Origin: Lama guanicoe
Taxonomy: Eukaryota
Assembly (NCBI GenBank): GCA_013239625.1
Contig: MU053561.1
Location: forward strand, 1,242,826 to 1,277,790
Reading direction: 5' to 3'
Length of the DNA stretch: 34,965 nucleotides
The position numbers and the translations under genes were made by a program. Position 1 is the stretch's first letter; the number at the start of each line of letters is the position of its first letter. Below the pieces are notes generated by a model. The model made no database searches. It saw nothing but the letters and a program-made list of their open reading frames with translations, and was not told the DNA's origin. Below, piece by piece: positions 1 to 10,145 of this stretch.

Positions 1-1480
1 AAAAATAACAAAATCCATATATATGCTATTTAAAAGAGAAACACTAGACATGGAAGCAATCCAAATGCCTATCAGATGATTGGATTAAGAAGATGTGATA
101 CACAATGGAATATCACTCAGCCATAAAAAAGAATAAAACACTGCCATTTGCAGCAACATAGATGGACCTAGAGAATATTATGCTTAGTGAATAAGTCTGA
201 CAGGGAAAAGCAAATAATTGTATGATGTCATTTATATGTGGAATCTAAAAAGTGATACAAATGAATATATATGCAAAACAGAAACAGACTCACAGATATA
301 GAAAACAAACTTGTGGTTACCAAAGAGGAGAACGAAGGAGGAGGGATAAATTAGGGGTATGGAATTAATAGATACAAGCTATTATATGTAAACTGGATAT
401 ACTGCAAAGAACATGGAATTATACCCATTATCTTGTAATAACCTATAATGGAGTATAGTCTGGATAAATACTGAATCACTACACTGTACACCTGAAACTA
501 CAAACATTGTGCAATGCTGTAAAAATATTGTACAAACATTGTAAATCATGTATACTTCAATTAAAAAATTTAAAAATAATATTAAAAAAAAACACTAAAA
601 GTGTAAAGACCAAAAAAGATATTGAAAATAAAATTATGATTAAAAAAATGGTAAGATAATACTTAAATAAACTGTTATAGCTATATTAATATGAGACAAA
701 CACATTTTAAGGAAAAATATGATCAAGAACAAAGAGGGTCACTTCAAAATGATAAAACAGATGCAACCATTCTAAACTGGTAAAGGTAAGAACGTAACTT
801 CAAAACAGATCAAGTAGAAATAGAAAGAGTACTGGACAAATCCACTCCTCTGAGCGACAACAATAAAAAGTTAAGAAGGCAAATATAATGATTTAGAAGG
901 TCTGAAAAAGACAATAAACAATTTATGTAAGGAATACATATAGAAACTTCCACTCCACATTTTGAGAATATAGTTTCTCAAGAACATAATTATTTTTATG
1001 AAAATTCACGAGGTACCAGTGACAAAGCAATTCTCAGTAAATTTCAAAGAACTGATATCAAATAGACTTTTTTCCTTTGACAATAATGACATTAATGACA
1101 ACGAAGATATACTGAAGAACAAAACTTGTGGGATGCAGTGAAAATACTACTCATAGGGAAATTTCTAGCCTTAAATGCTTGTATTAGAAGAGAAAAAATG
1201 ACTGAAAGAATGAGCTAAATACAAAATTAAGAAGTTAGACAAAGAACAATAGAAAGAATTCAAATACAAAGAAAGACAAAAATGTAAGTAATGAGAGGGA
1301 AAAAAAATAATGAAATAGAAAATGAAGATACAATAATCAACAAAGACAAACATTACTTTGAGGAAGCTAATAAGGTAGCTCTCCTGCAAGATTGAGGAAG
1401 AAAAAATGTTAAGCCACAAATAGCTAATTTTAATATGGGTGAAACTCACAGACGTTGAATAGAAGAAAGAAAGAAATCAT
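1..1480 (+). mobile_element. Old, degenerate LINE-1 ORF2 fragment (endonuclease region), interrupted at 47-597 by a younger L1
   Basis: A-rich sequence that follows the L1 ORF2 5' region in order: atatatgctattt..aagagaaacac, tagctatattaatatgagacaaa, gagggtcacttc..aatgataaa, aaaacttgtgggatgcag, agggaaatttctagccttaaatgctt. No open frame. Confidence 0.75.
47..589 (+). mobile_element. 5'-truncated LINE-1 3' end (end of ORF2, 3' UTR, A-rich tail), cetartiodactyl type
   Basis: ORF2 terminal motifs acaatggaatatcactcagccataaaaaagaat, gccatttgcagcaacatagatggacctagag and atatgtggaatctaaaaa. 3' UTR aaacagactcacagatatagaaaacaaacttgtggttacc, followed by an A-rich tail. TSD core AAACACTA at 39-46 and 590-597, with a TT/AAAA site at 30-35. 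Confidence 0.9.
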
Positions 1481-1499
1481 GGAATACAAAAGTTCAAAA

Positions 1500-1752
1500 T
1501 ATATATATACATAAACAATATTATTTGTGTGCAAGTATGTATGTGATAAAGCTTTAAAGAAGAGCAATGGAATGATAAGCACAAAGTGATGAGCAGTGTT
1601 TCCCTTTGTGGGGAAATAGAATAAGAGGGTGTTCCAAAGTGACTTTGAATCCATAGATTTGGTCTGTTTCTTAAAATGGATGATAGGTATTCAAGGATTA
1701 ATTGCACTACTTGCATTTCTTTTAATGTGTGAAGTATTTTATAATAAATTAA
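1500..1752 (+). mobile_element. Ancient L1 (L1ME-like) 3' UTR fragment
   Basis: Resembles L1ME 3' ends from memory (gtatgtgataaagctttaaagaagagcaatggaatgataagcacaaa..., ggtattcaaggattaatt). Highly diverged. Confidence 0.45.
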
Positions 1753-1988
1753 ACATTCTCTTTGTCGCTTATTCTTGCAATATTGTATCCCTTCAACTGT
1801 CTCATTCTTTACCATTTTTTGATCTCATCACAATCTCTAGCTCTACAAATCTTACCTTCTCTCTAACTCTAAGCTCTTATTTCCCTTCGCATCAAACCTT
1901 GCTTGTGTTCCTTCCCAACCTAGCCTAGCCCTCCTGATGGATACCTTCATTCACATCCTTGTAGCTGTCTCAGGCTGCTGAACCCCTT

Positions 1989-2022
1989 ATCCTTCTACCA
2001 CATCCTTCTACCACATCCTTCT
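1989..2022 (+). repeat. Short tandem repeat, 13-bp unit ATCCTTCTACCAC x about 2.6
   Basis: Read directly: atccttctaccac atccttctaccac atccttct. Confidence 0.85.
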
Positions 2023-2149
2023 TCACCAGTTTCCTCAAGCCACTTACTTCGGCTTTTGTAACATCTAGGAGTTTGCATTATTGATGTTTGAATTTGTATC
2101 CTTTTCCTTTTCAGTCTCCTTTTGATGCTCTTTTTCCTTTGCCTGTCTC

Positions 2150-2880
2150 TAAGTATTGATGTTTCACAGGGTGCTGTAAGTGGCACATCACATCTAATTC
2201 CATGTGCCATCTCTTTATGGATCATCTACTCTCCTGGCTTCAGTTACTATCCATAAGCTCTTCAGGTCTCTTATCGCCAAGTGAGACCTCTTCCCTGACT
2301 TCCAGATCTGCCCTTTGGACTGCTCACTTGATGGTACCAGTTAAATGTTTAAAACTTGAACTTCTGAATTTCTTATCTTTCTTCTAAAATTGATTGCTTG
2401 ATTTATTTGGTTTTTCTTACTGCTTTGAAGAATGACACCACTGAATGGCAATCACCAGAACTAAAAATGGAAATCATTCAAGGATCCTCCCCTCTCCTCC
2501 CACCTCATTTTCTACGTGAAATCAAAGAACAAATCTGGTATGTCTCACAATCATCCTTAAAACTTTTCACCTCCCTTCCCACTTCTGTGCTCATAGCTCC
2601 CCTGGTCACAGACCGCTGCAGCAGTCTTCTAGTTGACCTCCTTGCCTCTAAATCTTCATTGTTCCAATCCATCCTCTATACTAATGCCAATGTTCTTTCT
2701 AAAATCTGAAATTTATCATGTTTCTTCCTTACCTTAAAACCCTTTTCAACTACCCATGGCCTACCTAGCAAATTTTAAACTCCAGAGTATGCCTATAAGG
2801 TCCTCCCTGATCTGGCTTCTGCCTGCCTTTCCAGACTTGTTTCTAACTCCCTTTCTTTCTCTTCCCTTCACCCTCTCACC
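2150..2880 (+). mobile_element. LINE-2 fragment (3' part of ORF)
   Basis: L2 hallmarks: ccaatccatcctctatactaatgcca, tcatgtttcttccttaccttaaaacccttt, aaactccagagtatgcctataaggtcctccctgatctggcttctgcctgcctttccag. Confidence 0.75.
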
Positions 2881-2913
2881 AATGGCCAATACATTCTTTG
2901 TTATTATTATCAG

Positions 2914-2922
2914 CATACTAAC
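2914..2922 (+). repeat. Left TSD of the TYMS retrocopy (CATACTAAC; right copy at 4422-4430)
   Basis: Exact 9-mer flanking both ends. It extends to about CATACTAAC(A/C)TTTATT if a 12-nt (CATA)3 expansion in the left copy is removed. Confidence 0.85.
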
Positions 2923-2994
2923 ATACATACATACATTTATTTATTATTTATTATTATTTATTATTATTTATTTATTTATTGCCTTATTTATTTT
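2923..2994 (-). repeat. (ACAT)n plus (TTA/TTTA)n microsatellite, the decayed poly(A) tail of the TYMS retrocopy
   Basis: T-rich simple repeat lying between the left TSD and the mRNA 3' end (TTCTGC on the minus strand, ending at 2995). Confidence 0.85.
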
Positions 2995-4421
2995 GCAGAA
3001 CCCTTATTGTAGCAAGATATAAAAACAAATGTAACTTTAAATGTTTATAACCACACTAGGCCTTTTTAGCTTGCTGAAATTTGGGGGAATAGCTTATATA
3101 ATTCTTGAAACTCACAGACCATCTTCATAAAAAACATTATAAAGTTTGAGTATGGTTTTGAATGCATGTACATGTTTTTGTTAAGATACATAAATTTTCT
3201 CTTTCCTGACTGTATTCATAATCTGGACATTTTCATACATCCTCAATGAGTTAAACAAACTTGAGGCCTTTTTACTACTTAAGAGAATCAGCACAGTTCT
3301 ATCTGCCAGTGGCAACATACTTAAAAGTTAATGAATAGTAACTGACAGGTCACCAACAGGTTTCTGACCCAGTTTAGAGCAAAGTGAACTTTTACCTGGG
3401 TGTAAATATGCTTCAAACAACTCCTTTAAAAGCACTTTAAACAGCCATTTCCATTTTAATAGTCGGATGAGGATTGTAGCCTTCAATCTGAAAGTCTTCA
3501 GCCTTGAAGTCATCAATTTTCTCAACTTTTTGAAGGATTTTGAGCTTCAGGAAAGGCCTTGGTTCTCGCTGAAGCTGCATTTTCAGCGGCTCAATGTGAT
3601 TCATGTAAATGTGGGCATCTCCCAAAGTGTGTACAAAGTCACCTGGCTTCAGGCCTGTGATGTGTGCAATCATGTAGGTGAGCAGGGAGTAGCTGGCGAT
3701 GTTGAAGGGCATGCCCAGGCCCATGTCTCCCGACCACTCATACAGCTGGCAGGACAGCTCACCGTTCACCACGTAGAACTGGCAAAGGGCAGGGCAGGGT
3801 GGGAGGGCCGTGAGCGGGAGATCTTTTGGATTCCAGGCACACATGATGATGATTCTGTCATTAGGGTTGGTTTTGATTGTGTCAGTCACCTTCTGCAGCT
3901 GGTCTACTCCTTCGCCTGAATAATCTGAATCCATATCTTTGTATTCGGCCCCAAAATGCCTCCACTGAAAGCCGTAAACCGGGCCTAGATCTCCTGCTCT
4001 GGTGGAGAATCCCAGGCTGTCCAAGAAGTCTCGGGACCCACTGGCGTCCCAGATTTTCACTCCCTTGGAAGACAGCTCCTTAGCGTTTGTGGATCCCTTG
4101 ATAAACCACAGCAATCCCTCCAAAACATCTTTCCAGAAAACACGTTTGGTTGTGAGCAGTGGAAATTCATCTCTCAGGCTGTAGCGCGCCTGCATGCCGA
4201 ACACCGACAGGGTGCCGGTGCCCATGCGGTCATCCTTCCGGGAGCTGCAGCGGAGGATGTGCTTAATCTGCCCCAAGTACTGCAGCTCCCCGTGCGGTGG
4301 CGGTGGCGGCTCTGCGCCCCGCTCCTGTGCGGCGGGCAGTGACAGTGGGCGCGGCAGTTCGGAGCCGGTGGCAGGCAGGGTGCGGGCGCGGGTGCGGGCA
4401 CCGGAGGGTGGCGGGCGGCTC
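2936..4421 (-). pseudogene. TYMS: Processed (retrotransposed) thymidylate synthase pseudogene/retrocopy, full-length mRNA copy
   Basis: Intronless translation nearly identical to mammalian TYMS ([66 protein letters not shown]). GC-rich 5' leader. The 3' UTR resembles the TYMS 3' UTR (tgttgccactggca, tttaaagtta, end ...aataagggttctgc). Decayed A tail and TSDs present. Start codon lost and catalytic residues substituted. Confidence 0.96.
3437..4378 (-). CDS. TYMS: Uninterrupted 313-codon TYMS-derived frame starting at CTG in place of ATG; translation unproven and enzyme probably inactive
   Basis: The supplied ORF 3437..4276 extends 34 codons upstream without a stop ([34 protein letters not shown]) to CTG at 4378-4376, which aligns with the parental Met1. 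An in-frame TAA lies at 4435-4433, and no in-frame ATG occurs before 4225. The confidence score is for this being a functional CDS. Confidence 0.25.
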   Translation of the reverse strand: MPATGSELPRPLSLPAAQERGAEPPPPPHGELQYLGQIKHILRCSSRKDDRMGTGTLSVFGMQARYSLRDEFPLLTTKRVFWKDVLEGLLWFIKGSTNAKELSSKGVKIWDASGSRDFLDSLGFSTRAGDLGPVYGFQWRHFGAEYKDMDSDYSGEGVDQLQKVTDTIKTNPNDRIIIMCAWNPKDLPLTALPPCPALCQFYVVNGELSCQLYEWSGDMGLGMPFNIASYSLLTYMIAHITGLKPGDFVHTLGDAHIYMNHIEPLKMQLQREPRPFLKLKILQKVEKIDDFKAEDFQIEGYNPHPTIKMEMAV

Positions 4422-4630
4422 CATACTAACCTTTATTGAGCTCTTACTATATTCCAGGAACAATATCCATAATTTTACATTGCTATCTTCTTTTCAAATT
4501 ACGTTTCAAAGTCCTTTCGGAAGGAACTCCTATTATGTCCATTTGATGGATGAGGAAAGTGACGCATGCTGATGATTGTAGACGAGTAAGCTGTAGAGCT
4601 AGAATTTGAACCCAGATGGTTTTACCGAAT
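4422..4630 (-). mobile_element. MIR SINE, with the TYMS retrocopy inserted at its 3' end
   Basis: Reverse-orientation MIR motifs: ctaacctttattgagctcttactatattccagg, tattatgtccatttgatggatgaggaaagtga, agtaagctgtagagctagaatttgaacccag. Confidence 0.8.
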
Positions 4631-4649
4631 TAGTTACTGTTTCCCTAAT

Positions 4650-4970
4650 CATGAGACTGTTTCCCCTTCCAGGATCTTGCTTTACAAGGAATTCTTCCCC
4701 TCTTAACACACTCAAGGTTCAGGACTTGGGTCACATACCGTCTTCCATAGGAGGCTTTTCCTTTACTCTTCTAGTTGATACTGACTTTTTTCTCCTTCTG
4801 CATTCTTCATTACGTGTTTCTCCATAAGACTCACATTTATTTTCTTGCTTTCCACCTCTTGCAGATTGTGAGGGATGGTACTGAAGTCATCTGTGTTTAT
4901 TTGATGAAAGTTTAAAACAAGAGCCCTGTACTTGGTTGAAACTCAGTAAATATTTGTTGAACTGAATTGC
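4650..4970 (+). mobile_element. LINE-2 3' end, probably continuing the 2150-2880 element
   Basis: Ends in the L2 terminal motif ctcagtaaatatttgttgaactgaat. Same orientation as the upstream L2 piece. Confidence 0.6.
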
Positions 4971-5689
4971 TGGATTTCTGCAGTCTTATCCCCTCCTATT
5001 ATTTACATGTCAGAACCTCCACTGTAGTATAATCTTAAAATTATAAATGTTTTATAACTGCTTACATCCCACATTCTTCTGTCCCATTGCTTATCACAGT
5101 GCCTCAAATATAATAAATATTCAGTAAACATTGGTTAGTTAAAGCATTGTATTCCCCCACCACATGACAATTTCATCCATCTCCTTCTCAGACTTCATAT
5201 TACCTTTAGCACAAAAAATGAATAGACTCAACATTAATTCTTACTAAGTACCCATCATAAAAATCTAGCCCCCGCTTGTCCATGTGGGGACATCTGCAAA
5301 GCTGTCTTACCTTCCTCTACTATTGCCTATTCCTGAACACAAATAGTTACACAGAGTTCTTACTATGAATCTGCCATTTTAGCTAACCTTATACACTGCT
5401 GATTTCTTTAGGGAGAGATTTGGCCTGAAGAGATCACTCTTTTGAGATCAATTTAAGAAAAGGAAAATGTAAGCCAAATGTTAGGACCTTCAGGAAGTCA
5501 TATCTATTGGCCTGGGATACACTATCTCAGAGAAGAAAGCTGATTACTTGAGACAGTTTAAATGAAAGAGAGCAAAGCATTAAGCCCACTGAGCTGGAGG
5601 AATGTCCAGACTGCTTCATATAGATGTTTTATCTTTATGGAAGTCAAATGTATGTAAGTGCAGACATGAAACTTATACCACAAACATAT

Positions 5690-6300
5690 TAAGCTAATTA
5701 TTTGCATAATAGAAATAACCATATGACCTAGTTTTCAATAGGATTCTGCATGTTTTCTTAGTTAGGGACTCTATCAATGCACCTGAGTATTTGCTTAAAG
5801 GCTTTTATTATTGGATAGAGCACAAATAGAAGCTCAAAGCACTGTTTATCATAGTGTTCTCTGTGGCAGTAGGAAGATGATAGCAGTCTGCGTCCCAACC
5901 CTGAGGGAGTATTAACACAAGGTACATGCAGACCATGTAGTACTTGGCAGAAACCTGAAGCCACATGCTGGATATATGCATAGAAATAAGGTTATATCTT
6001 AAAACTATACTGTTGAGCGAAAAAAAGGTAAGCGAGCCGGTATCTCTAGCACAACACCAGTAGTGTAAATTAAATGACATGCATGCTAACAACCCTTTCC
6101 ATCTTCCAAAACTTTATATAAAGAAAAGGTTTAAAATCAAGCATATGAGGGGAGTTGACTGTACAGTGAGAGCCAGACATGGGAGTACAGAATGAGAATG
6201 AAAAGGGAATAGGTTAATCGATAAAGCAAGAGGAATGCCTTTTGCACACCAGGAATAATAGTGTGCCACTACCTGCTGAGCATGGCTAACTCAACACGTC
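5690..6300 (+). mobile_element. Ancient L1 (L1ME3-like) ORF2 end and 3' UTR
   Basis: ctgtttatcatagtgttctctgtggcagtagg, accatgtagtacttggcag, atcttaaaactatactgttgagcgaaaaaa and tagcacaacaccagtagtgtaaattaaa resemble old L1 3' ends from memory. Confidence 0.5.
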
Positions 6301-8400
6301 AATTGGTTTCTTTGTAAAACTAAAAGTAAATTTAAATTTAAAAAGAGAAGAAAATGCCAGTTGATGGTCTAGAAATGGTGCACTCTTGAAACTGCTAGAA
6401 GGGAAAATGCGTTGTGCAAAATTTAATTTGCATACTGTTTCAGAACAAGCCCAGTTGTAACATGAGACACACTCCCTCACATACAGTCTTCTATTCTTTC
6501 GTGCTGCAGAGAATATCCATTTATTAGTCACAGAAGAGAGATCATTCTTCCTCCACTTTATTGTGTTCTTTAGACTTGTACTCTAGTGTTAATATCAACA
6601 AATACACAGAATTTCTCGTTTTGCAGCTAACTGGCTCTCGGTCAGCTTTATGGAAATTCTCTAGGTTGGGGCACACAGATGGAAAGGAACCGGAGAGGCT
6701 CTTCCCACCCTTGCCAATTGGAGAAGAGGAATTAAATAACGTCCCTACGAATACATATAAACTCGCTTTGTAGGTGTTTAAAGGTTCTCTTTCTCAGACT
6801 TCAGGACAGAAATACATTAGTTTATGATAGTACCGGTGGTAACCATGTTTATGGTATAGCAGTAAAAACAATCATAATCCCAACGATAGATTAGGGAGTG
6901 GACTAACCCCAGGTCCCTGAAGTCTGACAAGTATACAGTAAATCCTTAGGTAGATCGATCAGCACGATGATGACAGGGGCTTATATAAGACTGAGGTAAG
7001 GTTTCTTCTGGGCTTGCATCCAATAGCCAGCAATTGTAGAGAAACTTTGCCCTTGGTAATTAACTCCTAATTCAATAATTATTTGAATAGGAAAGGGTTA
7101 AAATCAATGTCAGTCTTTGCATGCTGCAGTTTTTCTATTTTCAGAACCTATCATCTTGGAAAGAAAAAAGGCAACAACACACAACTCTAATGCCCTTACC
7201 AGATGGATCTGTGTTATTGCAGAACAGGGACCTGGAAAGTCTCCATATACCAAGCTATAAATATTCCTTTGACATTTATTATCCTCACTTGAGTTCAGGT
7301 GCTTAAATGCTTGGACTGAAGTCATGTTTGTAGCAGAAAAAAGTTGATCTTTAAGCATACCTTGTCGCTGGCTAAATTATTAGCAACAGACAAAGATGGA
7401 GGGTAAGTACGCCGGAGCAAGGGAGTCTCCCACTTAAGAGAGGTCACGGAACCTTTAAGTCAAATTAGTTGAAGTTTAGATTCGCTTGTAGTACAAATTC
7501 CCAAACACCTCACCTCAGACAATTTGATGGATCACATCCCAGCAACTCCCCACCAACCCCCAACTTTCCAAATATGTATCTACTAGTGTGGTGGTCTGTG
7601 GTCTTGAATTTGAGTCCTAGCACCGCCAGCTGCATTGGATTGTAAATTCAAACTCCAATGAATCTCAATTCACATTTGCCTTAAGGGAAGTGTAGGATTA
7701 TGTAAACCAGGAGATAATAACCGTTATAAAATCCTTCTAATAAAATAAAATCAAGCTAAAGGTGTCAGCATAGATTAACAGTCCTTCTCCTTTTAGGGGT
7801 GTAGACTCCTGAAATGTGGTTATTTTGTGGTTCAGGCGAGGATTTAGTAGTATTGTTCTTAATTAGGGACCACTTAATTCTCTTGGGGATGATTACTTGG
7901 AGCCTGGGATAGGTTTCCTTCTGAGAAGAAAAGAATCCATGCGTGACTTTGCCTGGGATATTCCATGACAAAGTCTTGCAGATATATCCTTCCCAGAACT
8001 ATTGGTAGCCCTAGCCCAGAGGACCCAGAACAGTGTGAAGGTGGAGACCCATAGGCCTCCTCCTTTATCCTGTTCCCCCACACCCAGCATAAATGACCCC
8101 TTAGTGGCTGTCAAAAGAGCTGACCCAGTGTGATGCCACACCAGTACGTTTATAAGTTTGGAACCGGGCAACACATTTTAAAGGGACATTGTCAAACTAC
8201 ATTGTCTAGAAAAGAACGAGGGGTGTAACATTTTTGAAATAGAAACATAGTCAAAGGAGTTAAGACTTCTCTTTTCCAAACTAAACATCAATAAGATGTG
8301 TTCACCCAGCATCAGATGAAACAATTCTTGGGATACATACATAGAAATAAGACTGTATCTTAAAACTATGTTTTAAAACTATTGTATCTTAGAACTACAT

Positions 8401-8650
8401 TGTCATAGTGTTAATTGCATAGGCTCAGAAGTCAAATTGTCTACTTTCAAATCTTGGTTCTTCCACTTAGTAGCTGTGTGACCTCAGGCAAGTTATTTAC
8501 CTCTTCTGTCCTTCAGTTTCCTCATTTGTGAAAGGGGAAAAATAATAATGCCTACCTTATAATGTTAAGAGAATCAAATGAATTAATAGTAATAAAGTGC
8601 TTAGAACAGTATTGGAACATAGGAAGGCTTTGTCAGTGTTTGGCAAATTA
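8401..8650 (+). mobile_element. MIR SINE
   Basis: Core ttcaaatcttggttcttccacttagtagctgtgtgacctcaggcaagttatttacctc..cagtttcctcatttgtgaaagggg, then aaagtgcttagaacagt. Confidence 0.9.
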
Positions 8651-8737
8651 AGCAAAGAAGAATGAGCTGTTTTCAAATATTTGAGAAACTGTAATATAGA
8701 TGTGTAGGTAGGCTTTTATTTGAGTTCCTATAGGGCA

Positions 8738-8902
8738 CAGGTGCTTGATTTGGGCATCTATGGAAAGAGTCCAAGGAGTCCTTCAAATCCATGAAATTAC
8801 ATGTAAATTTTGTATATATGCATACTTTTTTGGGGGGAAATATTCATAGCCATTCTTTATATTTCCAAAGAATACCATGACCTTCAAAAAGATTAACCAT
8901 TG
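8738..8902. mobile_element. hAT-Charlie non-autonomous DNA transposon (MER117-like)
   Basis: tgaaattacatgtaaattttgtatatatgcatac, attcatagccattc and atgaccttcaaaaagattaacca resemble the consensus from memory. Confidence 0.55.
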
Positions 8903-9269
8903 AAAATAAAACTAAAATCAATGGATGAAAGTTTCATGGAGTTGAACTTCGGCTGGTAGGAAAGGAATTATTCTTAGGCTTTAATTATCAAAACGCAGGG
9001 GTCATCTTGGGAACATCAGAGGCTGTGTTCCAAGAACTGTCTCATCGGATGCTAGATGGACACATCTTAGGGTCTAGGGGGCAAACTAAACCAACTCTCA
9101 TTATCAGAGCCCTCAGAGGTGAGACAGGTCTCAGCATCCCTGCCCTATACCCCTTTCTTCCTCTTCCTGCATCACTGCTTTCCCATAATTGAAATGTGAC
9201 CCCTCTGTAAGGTTTGAAACTGTAAGGTTACATAGTCCGTGCTTAGCACCAACTACTCAATGATAAAGC

Positions 9270-9607
9270 CAGTCCTATCACCCTTGTTGAAAATTTCCTG
9301 ATGATTTTCCAGTGCCTTAATAATTCGTTTGCAAAGAATAGAAGTCTAATTATAATGTGACATCATCCTACTCCTCATCTATATTTCTTAACAGACTCCT
9401 AACCTTTCATTAATATCCAATTCAAATTTTATATTCTCTGAGAATCCTTCTCTAAGTCCTCTAAAAAGAGTTAGCTGCTCAGTGTTATGAATTCCTATTG
9501 TATCTTACTGAAATCTCTGCTGTAGCACTCCTGATGTAGCATAGCTCCCATTTTGTAATAAAAACGCATGAAGGGCTGAGACTATACGTTATTCAACATT
9601 TTATACC
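9270..9607 (+). mobile_element. Degenerate LINE-2 fragment
   Basis: ccaattcaaattttatattctctgagaatccttctcta and catgaagggctgagactat resemble the L2 3' region. Confidence 0.45.
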
Positions 9608-10145
9608 TGTGGTAGATATTGCTGATTATCTACCAAATATCTTTCTCTTACTCTTTCTCAGTGAAGTTATGTGTTCTGGACTCTTTTGCTGCTAGAAGTA
9701 ATCATGTGACCAATGAGATATAAAAGAAGACCATGTGATTTTGTTCTGGCTAAAGGAATATGGATGCAAATGTTGTACCATGCTTCTACCCCTGGCCGTT
9801 CCCTGCCCCACCCCCCATGCATGATCTTCCACATGCTTTTTTCCCTTCTTCTATGACTTTGACTACATGCTGAGGGTGAGATGGAAGGAACCTTGGTTTC
9901 CAAATGACTGCTTCATCTTCAACAATTTTTTTTGTTTTAACTTTTAAGGCATCATAGTTTATTTGTCACAGCAGGATAGCCTAGCACACTCTGATACACA
10001 AAGGTTGATAAAGTAGAAAGCTGAATAATCCCGGTTCCTTGGTAGCAATCTAGAACTAGAGATATGACTATCTCTAGACTTCTTGTTATAAATATATTCC
10101 ATTTTAATAGTTTTTCTATTATTTACAGCAGAGTAAAATGCCTTA
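9608..10145 (+). mobile_element. MaLR LTR remnants (MLT1-type, probably two nested)
   Basis: Starts tgtggtagat. Two copies of the catgtga.. motif (catgtgaccaatgagatataa, ccatgtgattttgttctggctaaaggaat) and two MLT1-type ends (tttgtcacagcag..ctgatacaca; ctctagacttcttgtt..tatttacagcag). Confidence 0.65.

Noticed and set aside
1171..3022. Short hydrophobic or low-complexity ORFs in the track, here and throughout the window
   Set aside because: They overlap decayed L1/L2/LTR or simple repeats, often use non-ATG starts and have no recognisable domains.
3467..3919. 150-aa plus-strand ORF and other ORFs overlapping TYMS (3877-4572)
   Set aside because: Antisense or alternate-frame shadows of the GC-rich TYMS coding sequence, with no independent protein features.
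3437..4378. Viral or horizontally acquired thymidylate synthase (e.g. herpesvirus TS), or the true TYMS locus
   Set aside because: It has the mammalian N-terminal extension, UTRs, A tail and TSDs with no viral neighbours. The real gene has introns.
6982..6989. TATATAAG as a TATA box
   Set aside because: Common in AT-rich DNA, and too close to the 6995 donor to define a first exon.
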